Origin: Escherichia phage JK1
Length of the DNA stretch: 64,000 nt
Strand: one strand, 5' to 3'
Sequence record: MZ436830.1
The notes under the pieces were generated by a model. The model was not told the origin of the DNA, ran no database searches, and was given only the letters and a program-made list of their open reading frames with translations. A program made the position numbers and the translations under genes. Positions 1 to 11,829 of the stretch are shown one piece after another. How positions within the stretch are numbered: position 1 is the first letter of the stretch; every line of letters begins with the position of its first letter.

Positions 1-726
1 GTAACTCGTGCAGTAGATAATTTAGTTAACTGGAGAACTGCGGCAGGTTCATACACTGATAATAACTTTAATATCAGTTCAACCTATGCAGCAATCGATG
101 GCAACTACAAATATCAGTATGACAAATATAATGATGTGAATCGTTGGGTTCCATTAGCAGCTGATATTGCTGGTTTATGCGCAAGAACTGATAACGTATC
201 TCAGACTTGGATGTCTCCAGCTGGTTATAATCGTGGCCAGATTCTTAACGTTATTAAACTGGCTATTGAAACTCGCCAGGCTCAGCGCGACCGTTTATAC
301 CAAGAAGCTATCAACCCGGTAACTGGTACAGGTGGTGATGGTTACGTATTGTATGGTGATAAAACAGCTACTTCTGTTCCTTCTCCATTTGATCGTATTA
401 ACGTTCGTCGTCTGTTTAATATGTTGAAAACGAATATCGGACGTAGTTCAAAATATCGTTTGTTCGAATTAAACAACGCGTTTACTCGTTCATCATTCCG
501 CACAGAAACTGCCCAGTACTTACAGGGAATTAAAGCTCTCGGTGGAATTTATGAATATCGTGTAGTTTGCGATACAACAAATAACACTCCGTCAGTAATT
601 GATAGAAATGAGTTTGTTGCAACATTCTACATCCAACCGGCTAGAAGCATTAACTACATTACCTTAAACTTCGTAGCAACTGCTACTGGTGCAGATTTCG
701 ATGAGTTAACTGGTCTTGCAGGTTAA
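1..726 (+). CDS. 18: Tail sheath protein gp18, C-terminal part (5' end outside window)
   Basis: Frame 1 is open from position 1 to TAA at 724-726; sits directly upstream of gene 19 in T-even order; followed by a hairpin and late promoters. Confidence 0.75.
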   Translation, partial: VTRAVDNLVNWRTAAGSYTDNNFNISSTYAAIDGNYKYQYDKYNDVNRWVPLAADIAGLCARTDNVSQTWMSPAGYNRGQILNVIKLAIETRQAQRDRLYQEAINPVTGTGGDGYVLYGDKTATSVPSPFDRINVRRLFNMLKTNIGRSSKYRLFELNNAFTRSSFRTETAQYLQGIKALGGIYEYRVVCDTTNNTPSVIDRNEFVATFYIQPARSINYITLNFVATATGADFDELTGLAG

Positions 727-761
727 TACAGTGCATTCTAAAGGCCTGTTTCGGCAGGCCA

Positions 762-769
762 TATAAATA
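762..769 (+). promoter_or_regulatory. Late promoter TATAAATA (distal, upstream of gene 19)
   Basis: Exact TATAAATA immediately after a hairpin that follows gene 18. Confidence 0.5.
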
Positions 770-820
770 CACTATATCCTTAATTCTTTAATTCTATATG
801 CCCTAGGTTAAACATAGGGA

Positions 821-828
821 TATAAATA
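821..828 (+). promoter_or_regulatory. Late promoter TATAAATA (proximal, gene 19)
   Basis: Exact TATAAATA 15 nt upstream of gene 19 ATG, GAGG between. Confidence 0.6.
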
Positions 829-842
829 CTACAGAGGCTAAT

Positions 843-1334
843 ATGTTTGTAGATGATGTAACACGAGCGTTTGAATCTGGTGATTTTGCTCGACCTAACT
901 TATTCCAAGTAGAAATTTCTTATCTTGGACAAAATTTTACGTTCCAATGTAAAGCCACTGCTTTACCAGCTGGTATTGTAGAAAAAATTCCAGTCGGATT
1001 TATGAACCGTAAAATTAACGTAGCAGGTGATCGTACATTCGATGACTGGACTGTTACAGTAATGAACGATGAAGCTCATGATGCTCGCCAGAAGTTTGTT
1101 GATTGGCAAAGCATTGCTGCAGGACAAGGAAACGAAATTACTGGTGGAAAACCTGCAGAGTATAAAAAGAGCGCTATCGTTCGTCAATATGCTCGTGACG
1201 CTAAAACAGTAACAAAAGAAATTGAAATTAAAGGTCTGTGGCCTACTAACGTGGGTGAACTTCAATTAGATTGGGATTCAAATAATGAAATCCAAACCTT
1301 TGAAGTAACTCTTGCTCTCGATTATTGGGAATAA
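843..1334 (+). CDS. 19: Tail tube protein gp19
   Basis: 163 aa ORF matching T4 gp19 in length and sequence as recalled (MFVDDVTRAFESGDF...); ATG 843 preceded by GAGG and two TATAAATA motifs. Confidence 0.93.
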   Translation: MFVDDVTRAFESGDFARPNLFQVEISYLGQNFTFQCKATALPAGIVEKIPVGFMNRKINVAGDRTFDDWTVTVMNDEAHDARQKFVDWQSIAAGQGNEITGGKPAEYKKSAIVRQYARDAKTVTKEIEIKGLWPTNVGELQLDWDSNNEIQTFEVTLALDYWE

Positions 1335-1366
1335 AATGAATGGGGAGAAATCCCCATCCTGCTTAA

Positions 1367-2991
<1,625 letters not shown>

Positions 2992-2992
<1 letters not shown>

Positions 2993-3240
2993 TGGAAGGT
3001 TTAATTGAAGCTATTAAATCAAACGACCTCGTAGCCGCTCGTAAATTATTTGCTGAAGCCATGGCTGCAAGAACGACTGATTTAATTAAAGAAGAAAAAA
3101 TCGCTATCGCTCGTAATTTCTTAATCGAAGGTGAAGAACCTGATGACGAGGATGATGACGAAGACGAAGATAGTGATGATAAAGACGACAAAAAAGACAA
3201 AGACTCTGATGAAGATGACGAAGACGAGGATGATGAATAA
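2992..3240 (+). CDS. 67: Prohead core protein gp67 (acidic C-terminal tail)
   Basis: 82 aa ORF with poly-D/E tail; TAATG overlap with gene 20 stop; T4 order 20-67-68-21. Confidence 0.85.
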
Positions 3241-3665
3241 TGCTTCTGATCCCTGAAACTCATGAATTAGTTCTCGAGAATGTCGAAGCACTTATTCCTG
3301 AAGCACAGGGTCGCTTTGACGAATTGTCTTCTGCTTTAAATAAAGACGATATAAATACAATTGTCGAGAATATGCTTGATGATGAAACTGATTTAGCGGT
3401 TGCATTAGCTTCTATTAATGAAAATATGCCGTTAAATGAATTTATCGTTAAACATGTTTCTGCCCGTGGTGAAATTACTCGCACTAAAGATCGCAAAACC
3501 CGCGAACGTAATGCATTTCAAACTACCGGGTTGTCTAAAGCAAAACGTAGACAAATTGCTCGTAAAGCTACCAAAACGAAGATTGCCAATCCAGCAGGTC
3601 AATCTCGTGCTCAGCGTAAGCGTAAAAAAGCTCTTAAACGCCGTAAAGCATTAGGATTAAGCTAA
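3240..3665 (+). CDS. 68: Prohead core protein gp68
   Basis: 141 aa ORF, basic C-terminus; TAATG coupling with gene 67; position in head operon. Confidence 0.85.
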
Positions 3666-4303
3666 TGAATGAACCCCAATTACTAATTGAAACTTGGGGT
3701 CAACCTGGCGAAATTATTGATGGCGTACCAATGCTTGAATCTCATGATGGAAAAGACTTAGGTTTAAAACCTGGTTTATACATCGAAGGAATATTCATGC
3801 AAGCGGAAGTCGTCAATAGAAATAAACGTCTTTATCCAAAACGTATATTAGAAAAAGCGGTAAAAGACTATATTAATGAGCAAGTTTTAACTAAACAAGC
3901 TCTCGGAGAATTAAATCATCCTCCACGCGCTAATGTTGACCCGATGCAAGCCGCTATCATTATAGAAGATATGTGGTGGAAAGGAAATGACGTATACGGA
4001 CGAGCTCGTGTTATTGAAGGTGACCATGGTCCTGGAGATAAATTAGCAGCTAATATTCGTGCCGGATGGATTCCAGGAGTTTCTTCTCGTGGATTAGGTT
4101 CATTGACTGACACAAATAAAGGTTATCGTATCGTAAACGAAGGATTCAAATTAACTGTAGGTGTTGATGCAGTATGGGGTCCAAGTGCTCCAGATGCATG
4201 GGTAACTCCTAAGGAAATTACCGAATCACAGACGGCGGAAGCCGATACAAGTGCCGATGACGCCTATATGGCTCTCGCAGAGGCCATGAAAAAAGCGTTA
4301 TAA
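3665..4303 (+). CDS. 21: Prohead core protease gp21
   Basis: 212 aa ORF matching recalled T4 gp21 length and sequence; translationally coupled to gene 68. Confidence 0.9.
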   Translation: MNEPQLLIETWGQPGEIIDGVPMLESHDGKDLGLKPGLYIEGIFMQAEVVNRNKRLYPKRILEKAVKDYINEQVLTKQALGELNHPPRANVDPMQAAIIIEDMWWKGNDVYGRARVIEGDHGPGDKLAANIRAGWIPGVSSRGLGSLTDTNKGYRIVNEGFKLTVGVDAVWGPSAPDAWVTPKEITESQTAEADTSADDAYMALAEAMKKAL

Positions 4304-4306
4304 ATA
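4299..4306 (+). promoter_or_regulatory. Late promoter TATAAATA (gene 22)
   Basis: Exact motif overlapping gene 21 stop, 28 nt upstream of gene 22 ATG. Confidence 0.6.
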
Positions 4307-4333
4307 TTATTATCTAAACAACAGGACTACAAA

Positions 4334-5143
4334 ATGCTTAAAGAACAACTGATTGCTGAAGCGCAGAAAATTGATGCTTCCGTTGCTCTTGATAGTATTT
4401 TCGAATCAGTTAATATTTCTCCGGAAGCAAAAGAAACTTTCGGCACTGTATTCGAAGCTACCGTCAAGCAGCACGCCGTTAAATTAGCTGAATCTCATAT
4501 CGCTAAAATTGCTGAAAAAGCAGAAGAAGAAGTAGAAAAAAATAAAGAAGAAGCAGAAGAAAAAGCTGAGAAGAAAATCGCTGAGCAAGCTTCTAAATTC
4601 CTTGACCATCTTGCAAAAGAATGGCTCACTGAAAATAAATTAGCAGTAGATAAAGGCATCAAAGCCGAACTGTTTGAATCCATGCTTGGTGGATTGAAAG
4701 AGCTCTTCGTTGAACACAACGTTGTTGTTCCAGAAGAATCAGTTGATGTTGTAGCTGAAATGGAAGAAGAACTGCAAGAACATAAAGAAGAATCAGCTCG
4801 TCTGTTCGAAGAACTCAATAAGCGTGACGCATATATCAATTATGTGCAGCGTGAAGTGGCATTGAGCGAAAGTACTAAAGATCTGACTGAGTCTCAAAAA
4901 GAAAAAGTCTCTGCTCTGGTCGAAGGTATGGATTATTCAGATGCATTCTCAAGTAAATTGAGTGCAATCGTAGAAATGGTGAAGAAATCTAATAAAGATG
5001 AAAGCACTATTACTGAGAGTATAAATACTCCTGATACTGAAGCAGCCGGACTGAATTTCGTCACTGAAGCTGTAGAAGATAAATCTGCACAAGGTGCAGA
5101 AGATATTGTAAGTGTATATGCGAAAGTCGCATCTCGTTTCTAA
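4334..5143 (+). CDS. 22: Prohead core scaffold protein gp22
   Basis: 269 aa acidic, coiled-coil-rich ORF; late promoter TATAAATA at 4299-4306. Confidence 0.9.
   Translation: MLKEQLIAEAQKIDASVALDSIFESVNISPEAKETFGTVFEATVKQHAVKLAESHIAKIAEKAEEEVEKNKEEAEEKAEKKIAEQASKFLDHLAKEWLTENKLAVDKGIKAELFESMLGGLKELFVEHNVVVPEESVDVVAEMEEELQEHKEESARLFEELNKRDAYINYVQREVALSESTKDLTESQKEKVSALVEGMDYSDAFSSKLSAIVEMVKKSNKDESTITESINTPDTEAAGLNFVTEAVEDKSAQGAEDIVSVYAKVASRF
5030..5037 (+). promoter_or_regulatory. Late promoter TATAAATA (candidate for gene 23, inside 3' end of gene 22)
   Basis: Exact motif about 125 nt upstream of gene 23 ATG; no closer copy found. Confidence 0.45.
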
Positions 5144-5161
5144 TTTTAAAGGTTAACACAA

Positions 5162-6727
5162 ATGACTATCAAAACTAAAGCTGAACTTTTGAACAAATGG
5201 AAGCCATTACTGGAAGGTGAAGGTTTACCGGAAATTGCTAATAGCAAACAAGCGATTATCGCTAAAATCTTTGAAAACCAGGAAAAAGATTTCCAGACAG
5301 CTCCGGAATATAAAGACGAAAAAATTGCTCAGGCATTCGGTTCTTTCTTAACAGAAGCTGAAATTGGTGGTGACCACGGTTACAATGCTACCAACATCGC
5401 TGCAGGTCAGACTTCTGGCGCAGTAACCCAGATTGGCCCGGCTGTTATGGGTATGGTACGTCGTGCTATTCCTAACCTGATTGCTTTCGATATTTGCGGT
5501 GTTCAGCCGATGAACAGCCCGACTGGTCAGGTATTCGCACTGCGCGCAGTATATGGTAAAGACCCAATCGCTTCCGGCGCTAAAGAAGCATTCCACCCAA
5601 TGTATGGTCCAGATGCAATGTTCTCTGGTCAGGGTGCTGCTAAGAAATTCCCAGCTCTGGCTGCTAGTACTGAAACTGTTGTAGGTGATATCTATACTCA
5701 CTTCTTCCAGGAAACCGGTACTGTATATCTGCAAGCTTCAGCTGTTGTGACAATTGATTCTAGTGCAAATGATGCAGCTAAATTAGATGCTGAAATTAAG
5801 AAACAAATGGAAGCAGGTGTACTGGTAGAAATCGCTGAAGGTATGGCTACTTCTATCGCTGAACTTCAGGAAGGTTTTAACGGTTCTACCGATAACCCAT
5901 GGAATGAAATGGGCTTCCGTATCGATAAACAAGTTATCGAAGCTAAATCTCGTCAGCTGAAAGCTGCTTACTCTATTGAATTAGCACAAGACCTTCGCGC
6001 TGTTCACGGTATGGATGCTGATGCTGAACTGTCCGGTATTCTGGCTACCGAAATTATGCTGGAAATCAACCGCGAAGTTGTTGATTGGATTAACTACTCC
6101 GCTCAGGCTGGTAAATCTGGTATGACCCTGACTCCGGGTTCTAAAGCTGGTGTATTTGACTTCCAGGACCCAATCGATATTCGTGGTGCTCGCTGGGCGG
6201 GTGAATCCTTTAAAGCTCTGTTGTTCCAGATTGACAAAGAAGCAGTTGAAATTGCTCGTCAGACCGGTCGTGGTGAAGGTAACTTCATTATCGCTTCCCG
6301 TAACGTAGTTAACGTTCTGGCTTCAGTTGATACTGGCATTTCTTATGCTGCACAAGGTCTGGCTACCGGCTTTAACACTGATACTACCAAGTCAGTATTT
6401 GCTGGTGTTCTGGGTGGTAAATACCGCGTATATATCGACCAGTATGCTAAACAGGATTATTTCACTGTAGGTTATAAAGGTCCGAACGAAATGGATGCTG
6501 GTATTTACTATGCTCCATATGTAGCTCTGACTCCGCTGCGTGGTTCCGATCCGAAGAACTTCCAACCGGTAATGGGGTTCAAAACTCGTTACGGTATCGG
6601 TATCAACCCATTTGCAGAATCCGCTGCTCAGGCTCCGGCTTCTCGCATCCAGAGCGGTATGCCTTCTATTCTGAATAGCCTTGGTAAAAACGCTTACTTC
6701 CGCCGTGTATATGTTAAAGGTATCTAA
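5162..6727 (+). CDS. 23: Major capsid protein gp23
   Basis: 521 aa ORF, sequence recognisable as T4 gp23 (MTIKTKAELLNKWKPLLEGEG...); followed by GGGACC-TTCG-GGTCCC terminator. Confidence 0.97.
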   Translation: MTIKTKAELLNKWKPLLEGEGLPEIANSKQAIIAKIFENQEKDFQTAPEYKDEKIAQAFGSFLTEAEIGGDHGYNATNIAAGQTSGAVTQIGPAVMGMVRRAIPNLIAFDICGVQPMNSPTGQVFALRAVYGKDPIASGAKEAFHPMYGPDAMFSGQGAAKKFPALAASTETVVGDIYTHFFQETGTVYLQASAVVTIDSSANDAAKLDAEIKKQMEAGVLVEIAEGMATSIAELQEGFNGSTDNPWNEMGFRIDKQVIEAKSRQLKAAYSIELAQDLRAVHGMDADAELSGILATEIMLEINREVVDWINYSAQAGKSGMTLTPGSKAGVFDFQDPIDIRGARWAGESFKALLFQIDKEAVEIARQTGRGEGNFIIASRNVVNVLASVDTGISYAAQGLATGFNTDTTKSVFAGVLGGKYRVYIDQYAKQDYFTVGYKGPNEMDAGIYYAPYVALTPLRGSDPKNFQPVMGFKTRYGIGINPFAESAAQAPASRIQSGMPSILNSLGKNAYFRRVYVKGI

Positions 6728-6742
6728 TCTTTGACGATTTAA

Positions 6743-6765
6743 GGGACCTTCGGGTCCCTTTAGTT
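6743..6765 (+). terminator. Rho-independent terminator after gene 23
   Basis: GGGACC-TTCG-GGTCCC hairpin followed by a T-rich tract. Confidence 0.7.
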
Positions 6766-6775
6766 GTTTTTATGG

Positions 6776-6783
6776 TATAAATA
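6776..6783 (+). promoter_or_regulatory. Late promoter TATAAATA (gene 24)
   Basis: Exact motif after the gene 23 terminator, 28 nt upstream of ATG 6811. Confidence 0.6.
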
Positions 6784-6810
6784 AATCATATAAACCAAAA
6801 GGAAAGCGCA

Positions 6811-8094
6811 ATGGCTAAAATCAACGAACTTCTGCGCGAATCAACCACAACGAATAGCAACTCAATCGGTCGCCCAAATCTCGTTGCTTTGACTCGCGCT
6901 ACCACTAAATTAATATATTCTGACATTGTAGCAACGCAAAGAACTAATCAACCTGTTGCTGCTTTTTATGGTATCAAATACCTTAACCCAGACAACGAAT
7001 TTACATTTAAAACTGGTGCTACTTACGCTGGCGAAGCTGGATATGTAGACCGAGAACAAATCACAGAATTAACAGAAGAGTCTAAATTAACTCTCAATAA
7101 AGGCGATTTATTCAAATATAATAATATCGTTTATAAAGTATTAGAAGATACTCCATTTGCTGATATTGAAGAAAGCGACTTAGAGTTAGCTCTTCAGATT
7201 GCAATTGTTCTTTTAAAGGTTCGTCTATTTTCTGATGCTGCAGTAACAAGCAAATTTGAAAGCTCTGATAGTGAAATTGCGGATGCTAGATTCCAGATTA
7301 ATAAATGGCAAACCGCAGTTAAATCTCGTAAACTTAAAACTGGCATCACAGTTGAATTAGCACAAGATTTAGAAGCAAACGGATTCGATGCTCCTAATTT
7401 CTTGGAAGATTTGCTTGCAACTGAAATGGCGGATGAAATCAATAAAGATATTTTGCAGTCTTTGATTACAGTGTCAAAACGCTATAAAGTTACAGGAATT
7501 ACTGATACTGGATTCATTGATTTGAGTTATGCATCTGCACCTGAAGCCGGTCGTTCATTATACCGAATGGTATGCGAAATGGTTTCACATATCCAGAAAG
7601 AATCAACTTATACAGCAACGTTCTGTGTTGCTTCAGCTCGTGCCGCTGCGATTCTTGCTGCATCAGGTTGGTTAAAACATAAACCAGAAGATGACAAATA
7701 TCTTTCACAAAATGCCTACGGGTTCTTAGCTAATGGTTTACCGCTTTATTGCGATACCAACAGCCCATTAGATTATGTAATCGTTGGCGTAGTAGAAAAT
7801 ATTGGTGAAAAAGAAATTGTTGGATCAATTTTCTATGCTCCGTATACAGAAGGTCTTGACTTAGATGACCCTGAACATGTAGGTGCATTTAAAGTTGTAG
7901 TTGATCCAGAAAGTTTGCAGCCATCTATCGGTTTATTAGTTAGATATGCTTTATCTGCAAATCCTTACACTGTAGCAAAAGATGAAAAAGAAGCAAGAAT
8001 AATTGATGGTGGAGACATGGATAAAATGGCGGGTCGTTCAGATTTGTCTGTTTTATTAGGTGTTAAGCTACCAAAAATTATCATTGATGAATAA
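6811..8094 (+). CDS. 24: Capsid vertex protein gp24
   Basis: 427 aa ORF, gp23 paralog by position and length; late promoter at 6776-6783; bidirectional terminator downstream. Confidence 0.93.
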   Translation: MAKINELLRESTTTNSNSIGRPNLVALTRATTKLIYSDIVATQRTNQPVAAFYGIKYLNPDNEFTFKTGATYAGEAGYVDREQITELTEESKLTLNKGDLFKYNNIVYKVLEDTPFADIEESDLELALQIAIVLLKVRLFSDAAVTSKFESSDSEIADARFQINKWQTAVKSRKLKTGITVELAQDLEANGFDAPNFLEDLLATEMADEINKDILQSLITVSKRYKVTGITDTGFIDLSYASAPEAGRSLYRMVCEMVSHIQKESTYTATFCVASARAAAILAASGWLKHKPEDDKYLSQNAYGFLANGLPLYCDTNSPLDYVIVGVVENIGEKEIVGSIFYAPYTEGLDLDDPEHVGAFKVVVDPESLQPSIGLLVRYALSANPYTVAKDEKEARIIDGGDMDKMAGRSDLSVLLGVKLPKIIIDE

Positions 8095-8100
8095 AACAAA

Positions 8101-8122
8101 GGGACCTTTCGGTCCCTTTTTA
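8101..8122. terminator. Bidirectional terminator between gene 24 and rnlB
   Basis: GGGACC-TTTC-GGTCCC hairpin flanked by A-run upstream and T-run downstream; convergent genes. Confidence 0.7.
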
Positions 8123-8123
8123 T

Positions 8124-9128
8124 TTAACTTACCAATTCAATCCAAGCCGGACGAAGTACATCTTGTACCATTTTAACTAATTCCTTCTTAATCAAAGAAG
8201 GATTATCCGCTTGAGTTAGAGTAATACCTTCACGAGAAGTTTCTTCCAAAATATCTTGAACCGTTAGTCCCATCACCTTTCCAAAATCTTTTGGACCAAT
8301 TTCACCAATTTTAGAAATAACGTTATTTACTCGATTCAGTGTAACGTAACAAGCTAAAATTCCCAGCAATTTGTTATCAGCTTCTGACAGTTTAACTTTA
8401 GCTTTAATAGGCTTGTCAGACTTTTTCTTTTCACTAAATTTAGAATTCTTGCATTTGATGGCTACACGATTGCGATTAGGCAGCCAAGAAGGATAACAAG
8501 GTTTCAATACATATCCTTCAGCGGTAAATACTTCGCCTTTGGCTTCAGCTTTCCAAACACATTTGTTAGCGTCAATTAAACCTGCATTATCTACGGTAAA
8601 ATTATAAGACGGAACAACAGAATCCAAATCATTTGGAAGTTTAATAAGATCTTCAAATTTACCACGACCCAAAAGTGGAGCGATTTTAAACCCAAATGAA
8701 TTACAAAACGATTCCATCATGTAATCATCAACATAAGTTACATCACCACTTTCGGTAGTGACAATAATGTCAAATACATAAAAATCTTTATCGCCATAAT
8801 CAACATTCTTCTGAATGCCAGGTCCAGCGAATTCGCCAAAAACTTGATAAGTCACAACAGCTGAAGTTTCCATAATTTCTTGGACAGCTTTAATAGAATC
8901 TTCGTAATTCTTTAAAATAATTTCATAACCGAAGAAATCTTCAGCAGGAAGAATCGGTCCAGTACGTTTAGCGCAAGTTACTTTATCACGCTCAATAATC
9001 AATGAGAAATTTGTGCCGTGAATCTTTTCACGAGCTACCCATTCGCCGCCAGTCAATCCTAAGCTATAAATTTTTTCAATAAATTTAGAGTTGTAATGAT
9101 TTTCAAGACTGCTATACTTTTTAAACAT
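8124..9128 (-). CDS. rnlB: RNA ligase 2 (Rnl2)
   Basis: 334 aa ORF with nucleotidyltransferase lysine motif EKIHGTN; matches recalled T4 Rnl2 N-terminus [14 protein letters not shown]. Confidence 0.9.
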   Translation of the reverse strand: MFKKYSSLENHYNSKFIEKIYSLGLTGGEWVAREKIHGTNFSLIIERDKVTCAKRTGPILPAEDFFGYEIILKNYEDSIKAVQEIMETSAVVTYQVFGEFAGPGIQKNVDYGDKDFYVFDIIVTTESGDVTYVDDYMMESFCNSFGFKIAPLLGRGKFEDLIKLPNDLDSVVPSYNFTVDNAGLIDANKCVWKAEAKGEVFTAEGYVLKPCYPSWLPNRNRVAIKCKNSKFSEKKKSDKPIKAKVKLSEADNKLLGILACYVTLNRVNNVISKIGEIGPKDFGKVMGLTVQDILEETSREGITLTQADNPSLIKKELVKMVQDVLRPAWIELVS

Positions 9129-9137
9129 AATTAATCC

Positions 9138-9416
9138 TCAAAATGTAATTTCTAACCAATCACCATCACGCTGATCACTATTGACTTTAAAATTAAATCC
9201 TTCTTTTCTCAGCCAATCACCAATTTCCTCAGTAATCAATTTATCGCGAGCAGTACAATAATAACTAAAATATGTTTTACCTTGTTCAGCTGCTTTATTA
9301 GCAAGTTCCGAAAAATCTTTAATAAAACACTCTAGCTTAAACTGTTTACTTTTTAATGCTTTTTCACGTAATTGATTAGCAAAAGATTCATTTTCATAAA
9401 GATCATACTGTTCCAT
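9138..9416 (-). CDS. Hypothetical protein (T4 24.2 position)
   Basis: 92 aa ORF between rnlB and hoc; tight packing with neighbours. Confidence 0.6.
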   Translation of the reverse strand: MEQYDLYENESFANQLREKALKSKQFKLECFIKDFSELANKAAEQGKTYFSYYCTARDKLITEEIGDWLRKEGFNFKVNSDQRDGDWLEITF

Positions 9417-9618
9417 TTTTCACCTTTTTATTGATATGTCTTTTTCTATAGACAACTTTTTCTCGAGTTTCAAATTTATTCTTAGCAGTCATAGCTCGAG
9501 CCCATAATACAGCCACTTCTTTCGCCTGTAAGTTTAATTCACGAGCAATTTCAATGAATGACTTTCCAGACTCATGAAGAGTAAACACCACAACCTCAGT
9601 TCTCATAATCAATCTCAT
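9403..9618 (-). CDS. Small protein with putative helix-turn-helix (T4 24.3 position)
   Basis: 71 aa ORF, ATG at 9616-9618; segment GKSFIEIARELNLQAKEVAVLWARA resembles an HTH; basic C-terminus. Confidence 0.55.
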   Translation of the reverse strand: MRLIMRTEVVVFTLHESGKSFIEIARELNLQAKEVAVLWARAMTAKNKFETREKVVYRKRHINKKVKNGTV

Positions 9619-9686
9619 GTTATCGAGTTGGTGCCATTATATACATCATTTTCTGAGTGTGTTTTGTGTGCTTTCAAAATGAAGAA

Positions 9687-9702
9687 AGGGGCCGAAGCCC
9701 CT
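9687..9702 (-). terminator. Terminator after hoc (minus strand)
   Basis: AGGGGC-TTCG-GCCCCT hairpin on the minus strand followed by a U-rich tract, 5 nt after the hoc stop. Confidence 0.6.
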
Positions 9703-9707
9703 TATGA

Positions 9708-11126
9708 TTATGGATAGGTATAGATGATACCAGTTTCTAAAGCAGTTTTATGAATGATGTATCCATTACGCGATTCTTGGACATCAACTTCTGGATAGTC
9801 TTTCATCATCTTCTGAAGAGTGTAACGATGCAGGTAGTATTTACTATCTGGATCTTCAGTTTTCCAATCTTTACCTTCTTCAGTCATTTTTTGAATTTCA
9901 TCCATAACCCACCAACCGCACCAGATGTAAGCTGAGCTACGGTGTGGAAGAGGATGAACATAAGGTAATTCACCTTCTGGTTCTGGAGCAACTTTATCAG
10001 TTACCTGAACTTGACCTTCTGCTGTAATAGTTTTGCTATCATAATCAGTAGCAGTAACAATTGCCGTAACTTCAATAGTTTGACTTCCAATAGATGAGGT
10101 ATCAACGGTATATACATTAGTTGACCCTTCTACAGGAGAAGAATCTTTCTTCCATGAATACGCAATTTGCGCTTCTTCTGGAGCATCAGTGACATTAGCA
10201 GTAAATGTAGCCGAAGCATCTTGTTGAACGTTAATAGAAGGAGGAGTCAATGTAACCTGTGGATTCATTGTCTTCTTATTAACCGTTAATGATACTTCAT
10301 TCGAAGTAACCTCCTTTTCATTGTAATTTTCTGCAGTTACTTGCGCTACACATTTAATTCTTTTTACTCCACTTGTAGTTGGAGTATAGTTAAATGTAGC
10401 AGAAGTTGCTTCACCAATTTGAGAATCATCTACATACCACTGATACGTAGCAGATGCTCCACCAGGTTGAGAAGCTAAGGCAGCAGTAAATTGAACTGGG
10501 GTTCCAATTACTCCAGCTGGAGGACTATCAGGAGTTACTGCCAAGGTAGTTGTCTGTGTCTTTTTATTAACAGTCAGTGACACTTCATTAGAAGTAACTT
10601 CCTTTGCATCATAATCTGTCGCGGTTACTTGAGCTACACACTTAATTGTTTTAACTCCGCTTGCGTCAGGAGTGTAATTGAATGTAGCAGAAGTTGCTTC
10701 GCTTACAGGAGAACCGTCAACGTGCCATTGATACGTAGCAGACGCTCCTGGTGGCTGTGAAGCCAAGGCAGCAGTAAATTCAACGGCTGTTCCGATTACT
10801 CCTTCCGGAGGACTAGCAGGAGTTACGGCTAATGTAGTTGTTTGTGTCTTATTTTGAACTGTGATAGTTGTACTAATTTCTGCTGTTTCAGGTTCAGATT
10901 CTGCAACTTGATTGGTTGCAACTACTTTAATAGTCTTTTGACCGGCAGGTCCTTTTAGTACATAACTAAAAGTTGCTGACGTTTCTTCCTGTGGAGCGTC
11001 GTCTACAGTCCAAGCATATGTAATAGGTCCATCTCCAGTTTGACCACTGGGTGTAGCAGTAAACTGCTGAGTCTGATCTATAACTCCAGTAGGTGTTTTA
11101 GGAGTTATATCAACTGTAAAAGCCAT
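9708..11126 (-). CDS. hoc: Hoc, highly immunogenic outer capsid protein, with four Ig-like domains
   Basis: 472 aa ORF; C-terminal capsid-binding segment and Ig-like repeats recognisable as Hoc; contains an internal tandem duplication of about 96 aa; hairpin terminator downstream. Confidence 0.9.
   Translation of the reverse strand: MAFTVDITPKTPTGVIDQTQQFTATPSGQTGDGPITYAWTVDDAPQEETSATFSYVLKGPAGQKTIKVVATNQVAESEPETAEISTTITVQNKTQTTTLAVTPASPPEGVIGTAVEFTAALASQPPGASATYQWHVDGSPVSEATSATFNYTPDASGVKTIKCVAQVTATDYDAKEVTSNEVSLTVNKKTQTTTLAVTPDSPPAGVIGTPVQFTAALASQPGGASATYQWYVDDSQIGEATSATFNYTPTTSGVKRIKCVAQVTAENYNEKEVTSNEVSLTVNKKTMNPQVTLTPPSINVQQDASATFTANVTDAPEEAQIAYSWKKDSSPVEGSTNVYTVDTSSIGSQTIEVTAIVTATDYDSKTITAEGQVQVTDKVAPEPEGELPYVHPLPHRSSAYIWCGWWVMDEIQKMTEEGKDWKTEDPDSKYYLHRYTLQKMMKDYPEVDVQESRNGYIIHKTALETGIIYTYP
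10270..10845 (-). repeat. Tandem duplication (2 x 288 bp) inside hoc encoding two near-identical Ig-like domains
   Basis: Unit 10270-10557 and unit 10558-10845 are roughly 85% identical in-frame repeats (KKTQTTTLAVTP...VSLTVN twice). Confidence 0.85.
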
Positions 11127-11135
11127 AAGTTATCC

Positions 11136-11816
11136 TTATTTTAATGTTACGAAAGAAGAATTACGTGTTTCACGAATTAGAACTGATCCGTCGCGATTAA
11201 TGTAATAAATTAAGCTAAATAAAGTTTGGTGCGCCGACGCGTGTTCAAAACTAGTTGGGTGAGATTTCCAATCCGGAGTTTCAGCAATCCACTGGTAAAT
11301 CCACCAAGGAACAGTGCAGAATCCTGGATTTTTTCCAATCAGCTGAAGATTCGGACTAAAGTTTTCCGGAAGAGTAAATACAGACGGCTTTTCAGATTCA
11401 ATAATCTCAGCTACAGCCTGCTCAAATTTTTCTTCAACAAAAGGAGTATCTTCAATCAAAACATCGGTATTTTCAGGAATTTTATCCGTTTCTACTACTT
11501 CAATTTTAATGTCAGATTTAACCGGAGAATCAATCAGAAGTGCTGCCTCTGGATTGACTTCTTCATCGTCATATTTTAATCCGTCTGCAGCATCAGCAGC
11601 ATCAATTAAGTCTTTAATAGATAACCCATCAGTCTCTGGCATAGGTTCACTAGCGAGCTTCTGGAGGGCTTCTTCAATATCATTAACGATATTATCAAAA
11701 GATTTATTCTTTTTGACCTTTATACCAAACTGTTCAGCATATTCAGCTAATTTAGCTTTAGCTTCTTTATTATCATCAAGAGCCTTCAGCTCTGCAATAT
11801 AATCTTTATCTATCAT
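11136..11816 (-). CDS. inh: Inh, inhibitor of prohead protease
   Basis: 226 aa ORF, same length as recalled T4 Inh; position between hoc and uvsW. Confidence 0.8.
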   Translation of the reverse strand: MIDKDYIAELKALDDNKEAKAKLAEYAEQFGIKVKKNKSFDNIVNDIEEALQKLASEPMPETDGLSIKDLIDAADAADGLKYDDEEVNPEAALLIDSPVKSDIKIEVVETDKIPENTDVLIEDTPFVEEKFEQAVAEIIESEKPSVFTLPENFSPNLQLIGKNPGFCTVPWWIYQWIAETPDWKSHPTSFEHASAHQTLFSLIYYINRDGSVLIRETRNSSFVTLK

Positions 11817-11829
11817 AATATTTCCTCAG

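Noticed and set aside
5348-5734. Antisense ORFs inside structural genes (also 963-1265, 51654-51896, 56828-57134, 58925-59194)
   Set aside because: They lie entirely within well-supported genes on the opposite strand, lack Shine-Dalgarno sequences, and their products are low complexity; typical spurious ORFs of a six-frame track.
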